From an uncultured Planctomycetota bacterium (lineage in GTDB: Bacteria; Planctomycetota; Planctomycetia; Isosphaerales; Isosphaeraceae), in the NCBI GenBank assembly GCA_963823665.1, contig CAWGMQ010000006.1, positions 288,001 to 352,000 of the forward strand: DNA of 64,000 nt, read 5' to 3'. Both the position numbers and the translations under genes were made by a program. Below are positions 31,255 to 43,500 of this stretch, piece by piece (the stretch's first letter is position 1; each line of letters starts with the position of its first letter). The notes beneath the pieces are model-generated. The model saw only the letters and a program-made list of their open reading frames with translations. It was not told the origin of the DNA and did no database searches.

Positions 31255-34200
31255 CTATGGCGTGTACGAAACGCCGCGCGACTTGCTTATATTGACATTG
31301 CCCTCGGAGTTCACGGCGATCATGTTGGATTGCACCACGGTGCCGGTGCAGACGCCGGCGGCAAGGACGCCGAAGCCAGCGTTGCTGACGATCTGATTGC
31401 CGGCGCCGGAAGCGATTCCGCCGACAGTCGCATTGCGGGAACCAATGATCGTCACGCCGTCGCCGCCGTTGCTCATGATCTCATTGCCGGACAGCTTGTT
31501 GCCGCTCGAGGATCGCATCATCACGCCTGATCCGCCGCTGTCGTGGATGATATCCTGGAACGGGGCGGACGATCCGCCGATCGTCGTCGACGACGAACCC
31601 GGGCCCAGATAGATGCCGCCAAGCTGGTTGCCAAGGTCGCCGACCCCCAGATAATTCGTTCCGATATAGGTGTGAACGATCAGGTTATCGTGGGCGGAGC
31701 CGACGACCGCGATTCCGTACCCGTCGTTGTCCGAGATGGTGACTTGCGGCTCAACGGATGGCTGGAAGCCGCCGATTGCGTTACCGTGCGCCCGGCCGTC
31801 GATCTTGATTCCGTTCTCCAGGTTCGGGATTTCAAGGATTCCCGTATTCGTCACCTCCAGCCCAACCGTGGTGTCCGTCACCTGTACGCCGGTTGCGCTG
31901 CCGCCGAGCTCGATTCCGTTACGAAGATTGCCGTTAATCAAGCAGGTGCGTATCTGATTGTTGCCGCCGCTGGACGTGATCAGGATCCCATCGCCTTTGT
32001 TCGAAGCGATGCCCCCGAACGCGAAAGTCCCGGCGAATGTGTTGAACGAGACCAATCCACTGGCTGTGCCGGTCTCTTCGATGCCGTTCTTGTCATTGCC
32101 GGAAATCACGTTTCCGAGAGGGATCACACCGCCAACCTGCGTGTTCCTGGACGTTCCTGATACCATGAGGCCGTTGCCTCCGTTGGCCACGACCGTGCTG
32201 TTGTCGGCGCCGGCGCCCATGAAATTGGCCTGCACCGTCGTGTTGCTCGAGTTCGTGATGCGCAGGCCATTGCCCCCGTTGCCGCTGAGCACGTTGTAAA
32301 ACACAAACGGGCTCTGCTGGAACGTGCAGCCGATCAATTGGTTGCCACTGGCCTTGACGATGGCCACGCCGTCCTGGCGGTTCCCCAGGGCCGAGTCACC
32401 AGTGGCGGTCGTTCCCACGAAGTTCCCGGAGAGCAGCGTCTTTGTCGCTCCGCCGGTAATCAGCACGCCATTGGCACGATTGCCTGAGATCAGGTTTCCC
32501 TGAGGCGGACGAACAATCACGGGGACCGTCGGATCGTTGCCGCCGGTTGCCTGGCCGCCGATCAAATTCGCCGAAGCACCGTCGGTGACGAGGATCCCGT
32601 TCTTGGCGTTACCGCGTTTGAGCGTGCCGGTTGAATCCGTGCCGATGTCATTCATCGCGATCGTGTTGCCGCTGGCGCCGTAGAGCCCAATGCCGTTACC
32701 CCCGTTGCCGCTGATGACGTTGGAGAGCTGGAAACCGGTATTCACGGTCGCCTGGTATGAAACGCTTCCTGAATCCGTGATCCCGATCCCGACGACCTGG
32801 TTGCCTTCGACCGCATCGGCCGTGAGAGAGGCCTGCAAATCCGGGTCGCTCAGATTGGTCCAGACGGCCGGACCAAATGTTCCATCGGGATTGCGCCGCA
32901 CCGAGGCGACGGAAGCCACCAGATCGGTGCTCGAACCTGGCTGAAGCTCATTCGCACCGAGCGTGTAGACGCCTGCTTGCGTGCTGCTTATCCCCTGAAA
33001 GTGGACCGCCAAGCTCTGATTGTTCGGATCTGTGAATGAAGTCCAGTTGGTGAACTGCCCGGTCGACGAGTCGTAGTCGACCAGATAGCCGGCAAAAGGT
33101 GGTTGGCCCGGCTGGAGAGGCGCACCATAACCACCGCAGATTGTATAGCTCGTGCCTCCGTTAAACCAGATTCCGTAAGCCGAGGTTGTCGTCGAGCCCG
33201 GATAGACGATGGGGGTCAGAATCTTGTCCTGCGAGACGCTGTAAAGAAAGGCGTGGTCCGTCTGGGCGGGGATGTCGCCACCGTTGCCGACCGCGAGGTC
33301 TCCCATTGTACTGTGAACATACGTATAAGTTACATTGGGAAAATCGATCGTCTGAAAGTTCGCGCTGTTCGATAGGTCAGCGAGTGATCCCTGGAAGATG
33401 AACCCCTGGGTTTGACCGTTGCCGGTGGTGTAACTGCCGACCAGGCGAATTTGGCCGTTGCTGAGAAGGTCGGGTCCGTACACGCTCGTGGTTGCCGCAC
33501 CCTGGTAGTTCACGGAATACGCTGTTCCGCCGCTACCGGAGATTGGCCCGTCGTACAACAGGCCGTTACTGTCCGAAGTTCCGGTGATCAGGTACTGGCC
33601 GCTCACGCCGGATGCGCGAATGCCCTGCCACCCCGACACCGGCATGCTTGTGCCGTTGCTGGTGTAAACATCGGAAGTGGGATAATAATCGACGCTCGTG
33701 ACCGGATCGGTCCGGCCGATCAAGTCGCCATGCGACGACGCGTTGATTCGAACACCATCGGCACGATTTCCCGCGATTGTCGTTCCATTCGACTGGAGGC
33801 CGATAAAATTGCCTTCCAAGGTCACGCTCGAAGCGCTCAGTGTGACGCCCGCGTTGCCGGCCCGGACGAGGGAGAGCGCGCTGAGGGTCGAACCGTCGGC
33901 GCCCTTGGCGAAGTTGAGCCCCCTGGAACCCTGAAAGTTGATGGTAAAGACGGGCGATCCGCTATAGCCGGGGGCTGTGGTGCCGTCGATCGTGACGCCA
34001 TCGGTGATCGCGGGAAGCGATGTCCGGCTGATCCGGATGGTGCCGGCGATGCCGAAGTCAATGGTGTCGGGCCCCGGTTGCTTGTTGGCCTGGATGATCG
34101 CCTGGCGGAACGAGCCGGTACCGGCACTCTTGAGGTTCGTCACTGTAAACATGGCCAGCAAGTCCCGGCTCTCGAGGACCTCGAGCCGCATGTTTGACCG

Positions 34201-34281
34201 GCGACGAGCGTGTCGTCTACTGCGCGCGAGTTTTGTTATGAATGGTCCTTGGAAGCGATTCACAAATCCCAGTTCCTTCAT
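31255..34281 (-). CDS. Large extracellular protein with LESRDLL motif and parallel beta-helix repeats
   Basis: RLEVLESRDLL, then FTVTN..GTGSFRQAI. Repeated NVISGN.xxG and GNFIG/GNFVG motifs. Confidence 0.8.
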   Translation of the reverse strand: MKELGFVNRFQGPFITKLARSRRHARRRSNMRLEVLESRDLLAMFTVTNLKSAGTGSFRQAIIQANKQPGPDTIDFGIAGTIRISRTSLPAITDGVTIDGTTAPGYSGSPVFTINFQGSRGLNFAKGADGSTLSALSLVRAGNAGVTLSASSVTLEGNFIGLQSNGTTIAGNRADGVRINASSHGDLIGRTDPVTSVDYYPTSDVYTSNGTSMPVSGWQGIRASGVSGQYLITGTSDSNGLLYDGPISGSGGTAYSVNYQGAATTSVYGPDLLSNGQIRLVGSYTTGNGQTQGFIFQGSLADLSNSANFQTIDFPNVTYTYVHSTMGDLAVGNGGDIPAQTDHAFLYSVSQDKILTPIVYPGSTTTSAYGIWFNGGTSYTICGGYGAPLQPGQPPFAGYLVDYDSSTGQFTNWTSFTDPNNQSLAVHFQGISSTQAGVYTLGANELQPGSSTDLVASVASVRRNPDGTFGPAVWTNLSDPDLQASLTADAVEGNQVVGIGITDSGSVSYQATVNTGFQLSNVISGNGGNGIGLYGASGNTIAMNDIGTDSTGTLKRGNAKNGILVTDGASANLIGGQATGGNDPTVPVIVRPPQGNLISGNRANGVLITGGATKTLLSGNFVGTTATGDSALGNRQDGVAIVKASGNQLIGCTFQQSPFVFYNVLSGNGGNGLRITNSSNTTVQANFMGAGADNSTVVANGGNGLMVSGTSRNTQVGGVIPLGNVISGNDKNGIEETGTASGLVSFNTFAGTFAFGGIASNKGDGILITSSGGNNQIRTCLINGNLRNGIELGGSATGVQVTDTTVGLEVTNTGILEIPNLENGIKIDGRAHGNAIGGFQPSVEPQVTISDNDGYGIAVVGSAHDNLIVHTYIGTNYLGVGDLGNQLGGIYLGPGSSSTTIGGSSAPFQDIIHDSGGSGVMMRSSSGNKLSGNEIMSNGGDGVTIIGSRNATVGGIASGAGNQIVSNAGFGVLAAGVCTGTVVQSNMIAVNSEGNVNISKSRGVSYTP

Positions 34282-34629
34282 CGATCACCCTCACGTCGAT
34301 TGGGCGTTACCCGGTTTCGTTGTGGATGCGTAGGGGTGCCGTCTTCCGCGACCTGGCGTCGTCGGAGTCTCCTTGAGACGCAAGCAACCGGGGCCGAGTT
34401 CTCTCGTTCGCGGGACGGACCGGAAGCGACACGCCACGGACGAGGCCTGCGGCCTCGTCCGGTCGTTCAAGACGGCCGTGGCGGTGTTTCGCCTAATCAA
34501 GACGTAGGACAGGAACTCAAAGGAAGCAACAAACCGAGGACGGTGAGCTCGGTTCGGGCGCGTCGTGGATTAGCCACCACGGTCGAGCGGGCCTTGCCGT
34601 TTTTCGTCGTCGATTATTGTCGTCGTCGA

Positions 34630-34896
34630 TTATTGGATCTCGCGGACGGCCTCTGCTACCGCATGATCGAGTATAGAATCAACGAAGGGCGCCTGGGAGT
34701 TATTCCAATTTGACACGGCGACGAACTGATAACCAGCATTATGACCGATAACCCCGCCACCATGGATTGTCATACCGCCGTGAGAAAGCCAAGGGCGTCC
34801 TCCTGAAAAGCGGACGTGGAAGCCCTTGCTGTAATAACTCGAGCTGGCCGGATCGAAATTTGCTTGCCTGGCGTAGTGTGTGTGTTGGTTCACCAT
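34630..34896 (-). pseudogene. Possible C-terminal fragment of a serine hydrolase (beta-lactamase-like) gene
   Basis: YSKGFHV...WLSHGG...GYQFVAVSN resembles the C-terminal strands of that fold. No N-terminal SxxK part is found. Confidence 0.3.
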
Positions 34897-35249
34897 GAAA
34901 CGGAATTCCGCGCGGGTGGTGCGAACGGATCGTGCGTGACATTGTATCACGGGATGGAAATCGCCTTCCTCACGATAGGCCGGCTATTCCGGATTGCATA
35001 CCACCTCGTTGAATGCGATGCATGTCGTACTTCTCTGTGCTCGGCGTCCCTCCGGTTCCCATTCCGTAGCGGGTACTGAGCCCACTTCCCGCAGCCGTCG
35101 AGCCACCGCCGCGCGGCGTCGGCGGATTGGGGAGTTCAACAATTCCGCTTGGTCGTTGCAATGACTCTCTTGCCTCGTCTGCGCATACGTTACATACTTT
35201 ATAATCGATAAGGTTGCTCTATGTCCCACTGGGAGCGAGCGCCGTGACG

Positions 35250-38200
35250 ATGGACGAACGCGAGCTTGTTCGCGGCTTGAATGCGGCACGCACGCCGCAA
35301 CAGCTCGCAGACGTGCTGAAGAACCCCGGCCCCGACGAGGAGCGCGCGCTCCGAGCATTCCTCGGCGAAGCGAAGTTCGAGCGCCTGAGCTCGCTCGCGT
35401 ACTCGCTGAACGTGGTTCGGGGGGACGGTCCGACCGCGCCGGAGCGGAACGTAGTCGTACTACCGGGGATCATGGGGAGCGAGCTGACTGTCCTGGAGCG
35501 GGGGTGCGTATCGTTTAACCTCTGGCTCGACCTGGTGCGTATCGGGATCCAGGGCTTGGACAAGCTCAAGCTCGAGGAAAACGCGTTCGCGACCGCGGAG
35601 CCGCCGTACTCGATTGTCGCGAGCGGTCTGCTGATCAAGTACTACGGCGAGATCTTGCTGAAGCTCGGCGCGCATTGGAACGTCCGCGCCTTCCCATACG
35701 ACTGGCGGTTGGACCTCGATACGCAGGCGGCGAATTTGCTGGCATTCATTCGACTTGAGTTTGCGGGCAGGCCGGTCTCGATCGTGGCGCACTCGATGGG
35801 CGGCCTCCTCTCACGGGCCTTGATGCGGCTCGGTCCGAAGGCCGACTCCGGCGAATCGCTGGTCCGAAGGCTGGTGATGCTGGGGACGCCCAACTTCGGG
35901 TCATACGAGGTCCCGCAAATTCTCGCCGGCATCCAGGGCACGGTGAGGAAACTGATCCGCCTGACGCATCCCATCCTGTCAGTCTGGGACAGCAATCAGG
36001 CCCGACTGCGCATCCTCCAGATCCTCAGCACGTTTCCGGGCGTCTACCAGATGCTCCCGCGCAAGGGAATCGGGGCCGAGAGCCTGCAAAGATCCGAGGT
36101 TTTCCGCACGGTCAATCCGTATGCCACGCAGTCGCACATCAATCGAGGTGTGGGGTTCCTCGACTCGCTGGGGGCGGTCGTCGATCCCGAGCGGATGACG
36201 TACATCGCCGGCTACGGCTTCGAGACGATCGTCGGGTTCGACGCGAGCCTGCCGCTGGACCGGTTGAGCAGCTACTGGTCGAGCAAGGCGGGCGACGGAA
36301 CGGTTCCGCACGAGCTGGGGCTCCTCAAGGGCGTTCAAGCGTACTACGCCCCCGTCCAGCACGGCGACCTTGCCTCGGACGACGGCGTGATCGCGGCCGT
36401 CGACGAGATCCTGGACACGGGCAAGACCAAGGCTCTGTTGAAGGAGATCGTCTCCGATCAAACGCTCGAGCGGCCGACCCGTCGCGCCGTCGAAGACGAT
36501 CGGGAGTTTGCCGAGGGCGCACGCGGAGCTCGTCGAGTGGTCGCGGGCCGATCGGGGCGGATCCTCGCACATCATCGACCCGCAGGAATCCCGGCTAGCC
36601 GACGAAGTGCTTGCGGGTTGGGTGTCGGACGGCACGTCCTGGGCTCGGATGAGGAAGGACAGCGTCCAGGCGGGCGGCCTGGCCGGGGTGGTGCCTGGGC
36701 GGGTCGCCGGCTCTGCGCTTGCGCCGGTAAGAATACGCCTTAGGATTGTTCCCGGCAACATCGCCCATTGCCATGACCCGGCTGCGGTCGAGGATCGCCG
36801 GGCGGTCGACGATGTCGTCCCGATTGACGCAGTTGCTGTGGGGATCTACGAGAACGAGCGCCGGGCCTGGGGAGCGATTCAGGAGATCGACAAGTCGATC
36901 GACCCAGGTGCGCGGCCGGAGAACGGTTTGGGCGTGCTCTCGAGCTTGATCGCCCGGGGGATGGTGAGGGGGGAGCTGGGAATCCCGACACTGATCCCGG
37001 ATCCGCGCCCGCAGGGGTCGGCACCCCGCGGATCCCGGCACATCGTGCTGGTGGGCATGGGTATCGTCGGCCGTTTCGGCGCATCGGAGGCGCGGCGGAC
37101 TGCCCGCGAGACTGCATGGTACCTCGGCCGCGTCGGCAAGAAGCACTGGGCGACGCTCTTGATCGGAGCGGGGAGCGGCAACTTGAGCTCGCAGGTCGGG
37201 ATCCGCGAGACACTGAGCGGAATCGCTCGTGCCGTCAGCGAGGCCCGGTCGAGCGTTCCGCCGGCACCCATCTCGAGGTCGTCTCGATTGTCGAGCTGTA
37301 CGAGGACCGGATCCGCGATCAGCACAACGCGATCGTGGAAATGCTGAGCTCCTGGACGAAGACGGGTGCGCTCGATGACTACGGCGTCGAATTCGACTAC
37401 GAAAAGCCGACTGAGGCCCAATTGGAGGCGCACGACGAAGCCGGGATCCAGCGTCTCTGCGAGCTGGAGCGGAAGCGGATCGCGGATCGTGCGGCGACCG
37501 GGTACTCGCGAGATGCGAGCAATCCGCAGCCGACGCGGATCAGCGTCGAGCAGGTCGAGGGTTCGTTCTGGTTCAGCGCCCTGACAGAGACAGCCTCGAT
37601 CCCGCAGCGGCAGGTCGAGATCGACCCGTTGATCGTCGCGGAGCAGAACGACCTGGTGGTCGCGGCGGCGACGATGGCGGACCAGAAGAAGGCAGGGCGG
37701 ATCCTCGGCCACGAGCTGCTGCCGGCCGACTTCCGGACGCTGTTCGCATCGGGGGCACGCGTGGTGCTGGACGTCGACGCAGACATGGCGCGAATCCCCT
37801 GGGAGCTGATCGTCGTCGAGACCAGCTCGAAGCGTGACGACGACGACGACGCGTCGCGAGCTGACGACGACAACGTCGTCCTGGCCCTGGATCGGGGGTT
37901 CACGCGTCAGTTGCGCACGAAGTTCGCCGCTCCCCCCGAGCCGATGCCCACCGCGGGCCGGCTCCTCCGGGCCCTCGTGGTCGCGGACCCTGCACCCGAT
38001 GCGCCGCTCGCCGGCGCGAGGCGTTCGAGATCGTCCAGATTTTCGAGGCCTTCAACAAGCTGGGAACGGGCGACGCGGTCTCGGTCACGGCGCTGATCGG
38101 CCCCAGCGTGGCGACGAGGTCCCGGGTCCTGGGCGAGCTGCTCGACGGCTGGTACGACATCCTGCACTTCTCCGGGCACTGCTTCTTCGACCCGGCCGCG

Positions 38201-40474
38201 CCGCTGGCCTGCGGCTGGCTGTTTGCCAAGGGCAGGACGGTCGCCGATCGCCGCGTGCTCGCGGCTCGGGAGCTGCGCCGCGTCGATCGGCTGCCCAGGT
38301 TCGTCTTCTCCAACGCCTGTGAATCCGGCGTGATGCCCGGCCGCCCCGAGGGGCGTTCCAGTGGCCTGGCGCCGGCGTTTGCCGAGACATTCTTCGAACG
38401 AGGCGTCAGCAATTTCATCTGCACGGGCTGGCCGGTGGGCGATGGCGCCGCCCGGCAGTTTGCCCGGGTTTTCTACGGCGCCATGCTCGGGCTTGACCTC
38501 ACCGAAGAAAAAGGACGGTTGGTCGCGATGCGGGCGATCACCGGGCCGACGGACCTGGCCGAGGCGCTCCGCCGGGCGCGGGCGGAGGTCCAGAAGATGC
38601 GCGGCGGTCTACGGACCTGGGGCGCCTATCAACACTACGGAAATCCCTTCTCGCGATTCCTCGTGTGGTCCGCAGACGATGCAGCGGCGACGACAGCGAG
38701 CGCCGGCGGCTCGGCACCTTCGCCTTCGCCGCTCGGGCAAACCACCGGCCCTCTCGCGCCGGCGGGAGGAGGGGCGACATCGCTGCCGCCGGGCTCACGA
38801 GCCTCGTTCGCGCAGGTCCAGGACGTCCTCAGGCGACACGGAGATGAGCTCCATCGAATTCCCGGGGTTGTGGACGTCCGGCCGGGTTACCGGTTCCTGG
38901 ACAACTGGATCACGAACGAACCAGCGGTGGTGGTGGTGTTCGATGGAATGCCCGCGGCGGGGGCGATTCCGCCCGAGGTGGACGGTGTCCCGATCGACGT
39001 TGCTCCGGCCGACCCGTTCGAGCAGGTGGGCGGGGACGTCGAGCTCAGATCAATCTCCCCCGGCATCGAGCCCCAGCGTTTTCTGCTTCCGGGCGAAACT
39101 CCGACCATCGAGGAGGAGCGTGCCCTTACCGCGTACGAGGCGCCTCCGCACGCGACGCTCGACGAGGTAGTGGACGAAATGGTCGTGACCTGCCATGTGA
39201 GCCCGGACTGCGGCTGGTCCGTGCTAAGCGAGTTCCTTTCCGACGTTTCGAAGAGCTTGACGGTCGCGATGTACGACTTCACGGCCCCGCACGTGCGCGA
39301 CGCTGTGCGGGCGGCTGTCAAGCCGAGGCCCCGGTCGCTCAAGCTCGTCCTCGACCCCAAGCTCGCGCTCTCTGACGGCGGCAGCGACGATAACCCCAAG
39401 GCGGAAGACCTCCCCGAGGACGAAGTCGTTGACAGCCTGAAGCGGGCCGCCGGCACGCGTTTCGACTTCGTCTGGGCAGCCGTCTCGCTCCGGGGGAAGG
39501 TCCATGACGGGATCTTCCCGAAGGCGTATCACATCAAGGTTGCCGTGCGCGACGGCTCGAGCTTCTGGCTGTCGAGCGGCAACTGGCAGTCGTCGAATCA
39601 GCCGCCGGAGGAAGTCGTGCCGGCTGCCTCCGACGCTGGGTTCGACCTCAGGGCCGTCCTTGCGAAGTACAACCGGGAATGGCACGCGGTGGTCGAGCAC
39701 GAGGGGCTCTCGCAAGTCTTCGAGGAGTTCATCTCGTGGGATTTCGACCAGGCCAAACCGCTCCAAGACGTGGAGGACCGCGGGCTCGAGGCCGTGCGGC
39801 TTCCCGACCTGCTCGTCCCGATTGCGGAGGAGGTCGAGCGGAAGATCACCGACGCGGAGCGCCAGAAGCCGCTTCAGGTTGCGGGCAAGGTCAAGATCCA
39901 GCCCGTCCTTACCCCGGACAACTACCCGGACGTCGTCGAGCGGCTGATCCGGGAGGCGAGGAAATCAATCCGCTTTCAGAACCAGTACATCAACATCGCC
40001 GAGACGATTCCTGATGGGTTCGACCGCTTGCTCAAAGCGCTCAAGGAGAAGTGCGAGGACCCGGCGGTGGAAGTCCGGATCATCCTCCGCTCGATCGGCA
40101 ACGTCCGGAAGATGGTCGAGGCGCTCAAGGCGTACGGATTCGACGTCGCGAATCGCGACCTGTTCCGACTTCAGGCGGCGACGCACACGAAGGGGATTGT
40201 CGTGGACGACGCCCGGGTGCTGATCGGCAGCCACAACTGGTCGGGCCCCGGTACGACCCGGAATCGGGACGCCTCGCTGAAGTTCGACCACGCCGGGATC
40301 GCGAAATACTACGCTGCAGTCTTCGACCACGACTGGAAGAACCTGGCCAAGGCGCGGGTCCCGGGCCCGGGCGACATGCCCCGCGTCGCGCGCCCGACCC
40401 GCGACGCCACCACGCCGCCCGGCTTCGCCCGGATCCCGTGGGGCGCCTACTTCGAGGACGTGGACGACCTCTGA
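35250..40474 (+). CDS. Multidomain protein: alpha/beta hydrolase (LCAT/PGAP1-like) - Macro/aminopeptidase-N-like domain - CHAT protease - phospholipase D (frameshifts near 36510, 37265, 38020)
   Basis: VLPGIMGS, FPYDWR, AHSMGG, LGTPNFGS, GDGTVP. IPWEL, LHFSGH, FSNACES, WGAYQHYG. Two HKD motifs, HIKVAVRD and HTKGIVVD. The CHAT dyad and both HKD motifs share one unbroken frame (38108..40474). Confidence 0.78.
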
Positions 40475-40492
40475 ACATGACCGTTTTCATCA

Positions 40493-40524
40493 GCAGCCCC
40501 GGGAGAGCGAAGTCCCGGGGCTGC
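40493..40524. terminator. 12-bp GC-rich hairpin between convergent genes
   Basis: GCAGCCCCGGGA-gagcgaag-TCCCGGGGCTGC. No U-tract, so it could be REP-like instead. Confidence 0.4.
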
Positions 40525-40573
40525 CTGGCGACTCATCCTTGGCGGCCATTTATTCCACGTCCAGCGGTTGTCA

Positions 40574-43500
40574 TCAACCGCGCGGATGGTTCGATCCCAC
40601 GCGGACCGGGCTCGGAGCCGGCAGAGGAGTCAGGTCGCCCGATACCGATAGCGCGTCGATGGCCGAGGGCGACAGGGCGGTGACGACCTGAGAGCTGGCG
40701 GCGGCCGTACTGGTTTTCACGGCCGAGCTCGATCGGACTTTGACGGCCCGAGTTTTGGCGGCCGACTTTGCGGTTTCCGCGGCAATCCTTTTCTGTCGCG
40801 CAGCCATTTTCTTTTCTGCCGCTGCGAGTTTCTTCAGCTCCACGCCGGCTTTCTTGGTTTCGGCGTGAAACAGTTTCTCTTTCCTGGCCAACTCCCTCTG
40901 TTCCGCGGCGAATAACTTGGGGGATGTGGTCTGCAATTCAGTAGCCGCACCGGCGAGGATCTCCCCCGAGAACATGTTCACGTAGTTCGTGCCGGGTGTC
41001 CCGTTTCCCGCACCGTCCAGCGCAACGCCGGTTGCACTGGTGAGCCCGCCCGGAGTCGTGCCGATGACGGTGAGCTGGTAGACCATCTGGAGATTGAGTA
41101 GCTGGGAGGGAGTCAGCGTCACGGTCAAACTTGTCGGGTCGTAAACAGCCGAGGTGATGGGGATGCTGGCGCCCGTCGAATCCACAAGCTGATAGTTGTT
41201 GAGATTTTCAGCGGGCGTTGCGTCGAGCGCCGTGCTGAAGGTCAGCACGAGCGTCGTCTGTTGCATGTGGAAGCCGAAGCGCATCAGGGACACGACCGTT
41301 GGCGCCGCGGCTGCATAAGTGAACTGGTCGGCGGTTGACGTGGGCGACGTGCCGCTCGGCGTGATCACGGTCACTGATGCGACGCCCGTGCCCGCCGGGC
41401 TCGTCGCGGTGATCGAGGTGTCGCTGACCACGGTGAAGCTCTGGGCTGCTGTGGTGCCAAAGTCGACGGCAGTCGCCCCGGTGAAACCGGTGCCGGTGAT
41501 CGTCACCACCGTGCCGCCCGAGGGTGGACCGCTGGTGGGGCTCAGGGCGGTGACCGTGGGGGCGGTGACCGCATTGAATGTGAACTGATCGGCGGCTGAA
41601 GTGGCCGAGGTGCCGAGCGGCGTCGTCACGGTGACGTCCACGGTGCCGGTGCCTGCGGGGCTGGTCGCCGTGATCGAGGTGTCGTTGACCACGACAAGAT
41701 TCGTTGCGGCCGTCGTGCCGAAGTCGACCACAGTGGCGCCGGTGAATCCTGTGCCAGTGATTGTCACCGAAGTGCCGCCGGTGGCCGGACCGCTGGTCGG
41801 GCTCAGCCCGGTGACAGTGGGGGCAGTGGCCGCCGTGTAAGTAAACTGATCAGCGGGTGAAGTGGCCGAGGTGCCGAGCGGAGTTGTCACGGTGACGTCG
41901 ACGGTGCCGGTGCCCGCCGGACTGCTCGCCGTGATCATGGTGTCGTTTACCACGACGACGCCGGTGGCGGCGGTCGTACCGAAGTCGACCGCTGTGGCGC
42001 CGGTGAAACCCGTGCCGATGATCGTCACCGGAGTGCCGCCGGCGGTCGTACCGCTGGTCGGGGTGAGCCCGGTGACAGTGGGGGCAGTGGCCGCCGTGTA
42101 AGTGAACAGATCAGCGGAGGAAGTGGGCGAGGTGCCGGCCGGAGTCGTCACGGTGACGTCCACGGTGCCGGTGCCCGCTGGGCTGTTCGCCGTGATCGTG
42201 GTGTCGCTTACCACGACGACGCCGGTGGCGGCCGTCGTACCGAAGTCAACCGCTGTGGCGCCGGTGAAACCTGTGCCGGAGATGGTGACCGGAGTTCCGC
42301 CGGCGGTGGTACCGCTTGTTGGGCTCAGGCCCGTGACCGCAGGTGCGGCGTGCGCCGTGAAAGTGAACTGGTCGGCGGGTGAAGTGGCCGAAGTGCCGGC
42401 CGGAGTCGTCACGGTGACGTCCACGGTGCCGGTGCCCGCTGGGCTGTCGGCGGTGATCTTGGTGTCGTTGACCACGACGAGGGCCGTCGCTGCCGTCGTA
42501 CCGAAGTCGACGACTGTGGCGCCCGTGAAACCCGTGCCGGTGATTGTGACCGGAGTGCCGCCGGCGGCTGGGCCGCTGGTGGGGCTCAGGCTGGTGACGG
42601 CGGGCGCAGTGACCGCGGTATAGGTGTACTGATCAGCCGAAGTGGTGGGCGAGGTTCCGGCCGGAGTTGTCACGGTGACGTTCACGGTGCCAGTGCCAGC
42701 CGGGCTGTCAACGATGATCGACGTGTCGCTGACCACGTCAAGATCAGTTCCGGCCGTCGTGCCGAAGTCGACGGTCGTGGCGCCGGTGAAACCCGTACCG
42801 GTGATCGTGACCGGAGTGCCACCGGCCGCCGTACCACTGGTGGGGCTCAGACTGGTGACTGCGGGCGCAGCCGCGGTGTAGGTGAACTGGTCGGCGGGTG
42901 AAGTGGCCGAGGTGCCGGCCGGAGTCGTCACGGTGACGTCGACGGTGCCGGTGCCCGCGGGGCTGTTGGCGGTGATCTCGGTGTCGTTGACCACGACGAG
43001 GCCCGTTGCTGCAGTCGTACCGAAGTCGACGACTGTGGCGCCGGTGAAACCCGTGCCGGTGATTGTCACCGCGGTTCCGCCGGCGGCCGGACCGCTCGTG
43101 GGGCTCAGACCGCTGACCGCAGGCGCAGTGACCGCGGTATACGTGAAAAGGTCGGCGGAGGAGGTGGGCGAGGTTCCGGCGGGAGTTGTCACGGTGACGT
43201 CGACGGTGCCGGTGCCAGCCGGGCTGTCAACGGTGATCGACGTGTCGTTGGCCACGACGAGATTCGTTGCTGCCGTCGTGCCGAAATCGACGACAGTGGC
43301 GCCTGTAAAACCTGTGCCGGTGATCGTCACGGGAGTGCCACCGGCCGCCGTACCGCTGGTGGGGCTCAGGCTGCTGACTGCGGGCGCAGTGACCGCGGTG
43401 TACGTGAACTGGTCGGAGGCGGACGTGGGCGAGGTTCCGGCGGGAGTCGTCACGGTGACGTTCTCAGTGCCGGTGCCCGCGGGGCTGTCAACGATGATCG

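Noticed and set aside
35200..35205. Perfect TATAAT upstream of the CHAT polyprotein
   Set aside because: No -35 box at a suitable spacing and no TG extension; insufficient alone to call a promoter.
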